Positions 62,003-64,000 of a stretch of DNA of 64,000 bases are shown here, piece after piece. Position numbers and translations under genes: made by a program. The notes under the pieces were generated by a model. The model was not told the origin of the DNA and searched no databases. It saw only the letters and a list, made by a program, of their open reading frames with translations. This DNA is from an uncultured cyanobacterium (GTDB lineage: Bacteria > Cyanobacteriota > Cyanobacteriia > PCC-9006 > JAAUQQ01), in the NCBI GenBank assembly GCA_963718615.1, contig OY970368.1:2016001-2080000 (forward strand). Reading direction: 5' to 3'. Position 1 is the first letter of the stretch. Each line of letters begins with the position of its first letter.

Positions 62003-63637
62003 CTAAAACTGAAAGACCGTGCGCAGGCTACCCACCCAAATTGGGTCGTGATCCGCTTGATTTTCTGGGTTGATCACCACAAATAATCCAGGAATCAGCG
62101 CCACATGAGCATTGAGTCGATAGCGATACAGGGCTTCTAGATGCCAAGCCGAATCCTGCTCCTCCGGTCCACCGGTATTGCTGAGCACATGGGGCGGCTG
62201 GCCGAGGATGAAGCCTCCGTAGTTTCCCTTGCCACCCAGATCGGGCAGTCCTAGGGTGACCGCCCAGTTTAAGAGCGTGGCGCGATCGCCTGCCACAACA
62301 CTACCGCCAGAGGTCTCTGCATCCGCAAAGGTCATGCCCACCCAACCGGAGAGTGTTGCTGGTGCACCCAAGCGTAAGTTTGTTTCTAGACCCACATGGT
62401 CCGCTGAAGTCGCCAGATTACCAAAGGGCGCATTCGCGAGCCGACTGCCGGTTCCGCCTGCAACCGCAACCCCATCAACCGCGTAATAGGAATGAGCATA
62501 AGTCAGTCCCAGTTGAACAGTCTTGTTGGGTTGGTATTCAAGTTGGGTAAGAGCGGTGTAATTCCCCTTGAAAAGCCCGATATCGGCATTAGCAGCACTG
62601 TTTTCCTGGGCTAAGTACCCCAAAGAAAGTGTCAGTTGGTCACTGAGATCATAGGCAGCGGTGATACCTGTTCCTGGAAAACCTTGATAATAGATCGGGT
62701 TAAAACGTCCAAATCGCGACACGGAGCCGAGAGTGGGACTTGCCAAACTTCCATTAAACGTGTTCAACGTATTGGCATAGTAGGCCCCTTTGATGGCATC
62801 AACCTGGAGCTGAAGCCGATCATTAACCGGAAAACGGTAAAAGAGTTTGCCAATATCAAGGGTGTTTTGGGTATTGCGATCGAAATTGAGGCGCGTCATG
62901 TTCGTGCCAGTGGTTCGCGTGTTAAATGCCACTGGATTAAGCGCATCCAGACGAATTTTGAGCAGATCTTTGCCCGTAAAACTCGTATCTAGATTGAGCC
63001 GAAGCCGACTGCCCACCGCCAGATTTTCCGGCAAATCGGCTCCACTACCGTTAGGCTTTGTGTCACCCCTGAGTTGATCCAAGGAGAAGACAGCATCCCC
63101 TTGCAAACGCGTTGTAGGAGAGAACTGATGAGATTGCAATTCAGAGGTTTGAAGATCAAGGCGATCGAGTCGCTGATTGAGCGTCACGAGTTCCGCTTGA
63201 AAATCAGATTGAATTCGCTGAACCGCATCCCAATCCTCCTGAGGGATTTGCTCAAAGGAGAAGGTTGTGATTTTCGCTAAACATTGATCGAGAATATCGG
63301 CGAACTCATAACGGCTGATTGCCTGATTGCCTTGAAAAAGCTGCTCCGCAGGATTACGGAAGTCCGAAGGATTAGCCGGAACGCATTGGTATTTTTCCAC
63401 GAGCGATCGCAAAGCCTGAAAGGCCCAGTCCGTCGGCTGTACATCAGCTAATCGATCCACTAGGGGCAAAACTTCGGCAGCCTCAGCAAGCTCGACAGTC
63501 TCGGGGAGGCGATCGCCCAAGGGAACTTCTGCTGCGGCAACCCTTTCACCTTGGACCGCCCAAAACACGGGGAGGAGTAAAGCCAGCGTCAACTCCCCCA
63601 TTTTAGCAATTAGGAAAGGTCGAAATTGATATTTCAT
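62003..63637 (-). CDS. Cyanobacterial SLH-domain porin (OprB/iron-uptake type)
   Basis: DVQPTDWAFQAL...SRYEFA, FSPTTRL, LDTSFTGKD and terminal RTVFQF; start uncertain. Confidence 0.92.
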   Translation of the reverse strand: MKYQFRPFLIAKMGELTLALLLPVFWAVQGERVAAAEVPLGDRLPETVELAEAAEVLPLVDRLADVQPTDWAFQALRSLVEKYQCVPANPSDFRNPAEQLFQGNQAISRYEFADILDQCLAKITTFSFEQIPQEDWDAVQRIQSDFQAELVTLNQRLDRLDLQTSELQSHQFSPTTRLQGDAVFSLDQLRGDTKPNGSGADLPENLAVGSRLRLNLDTSFTGKDLLKIRLDALNPVAFNTRTTGTNMTRLNFDRNTQNTLDIGKLFYRFPVNDRLQLQVDAIKGAYYANTLNTFNGSLASPTLGSVSRFGRFNPIYYQGFPGTGITAAYDLSDQLTLSLGYLAQENSAANADIGLFKGNYTALTQLEYQPNKTVQLGLTYAHSYYAVDGVAVAGGTGSRLANAPFGNLATSADHVGLETNLRLGAPATLSGWVGMTFADAETSGGSVVAGDRATLLNWAVTLGLPDLGGKGNYGGFILGQPPHVLSNTGGPEEQDSAWHLEALYRYRLNAHVALIPGLFVVINPENQADHDPIWVGSLRTVFQF

Positions 63638-63734
63638 ACAGTCACTGAATAAGCTGAAAAGAGATACAGTTGCTTGTCCTTTTCTTTCAGGCATTAGCAA
63701 CCGTATCGATCCAACAACAACTAACTCCACTCAA

Positions 63735-64000
63735 CTAGCCGTTTGCATTCAGTCCCGAGGCGTGAAACACTACAGGTGTCGCTGGACCTAAGGCCAAAAG
63801 CTCAGGAAAATTATGAGCATTAGGCTCATGCATGGCTTGAATTCCTAAGTTTGCCCGATTAAGCAAATCGGCATAGGAGGGCACCACAGCACCCTGACTG
63901 TCGAGGATGGAGTGGTTGAAATTGAAGCCATTGAGATTAAAGGCCATGACGCCAATCCCAAGGGTGGCCGACCAAATCCCAAGGGTGGGAAGTGCCGCCA
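63735..64000 (-). CDS. psbA: Atypical (rogue-type) photosystem II D1, 3' part
   Basis: [36 protein letters not shown]...[23 protein letters not shown]. Confidence 0.92.
   Translation of the reverse strand, partial: AALPTLGIWSATLGIGVMAFNLNGFNFNHSILDSQGAVVPSYADLLNRANLGIQAMHEPNAHNFPELLALGPATPVVFHASGLNANG

Overview
Cyanobacterial chromosomal window: HIP1 octamers (GCGATCGC) are very abundant and photosynthesis genes are present. Left part is core metabolism: partial beta-carbonic anhydrase, gatA, prk, petH, fbp-zwf-opcA, ycf66-psbX-yggT and futA. Five accessory stretches stand out. (1) ~20.9-23.4 kb: two atypical CCA-encoding tRNA-like genes, then a split tRNA-Pro-like RNA with a ~280-nt structured insertion, then a slipin (SPFH/band-7) gene next to tRNA-Thr; this looks like an RNA-repair/translation-stress module lacking rtcB and is the best candidate for an under-described system. 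(2) An in-frame fusion of a probable imelysin N-terminus to a di-heme protein C-terminus beside futA. (3) ~29.4-33.5 kb: a TIGR03032 + FG-GAP/Hint cassette with a truncated duplicate, an IS982 insertion with target duplication, and mirror-image compositional skew at its borders. (4) ~43.9-57.2 kb: a haemagglutinin-CHAT / DUF928 / CHASE2-GGDEF / haemagglutinin-TPR-CHAT cluster, the last gene frameshifted. (5) Right end: ArsR, feoAB, ACR3-like transporter, porin and the 3' end of an atypical (rogue-type) psbA. All calls come from reading motifs by eye and recalled family knowledge; no searches or folding programs were run.
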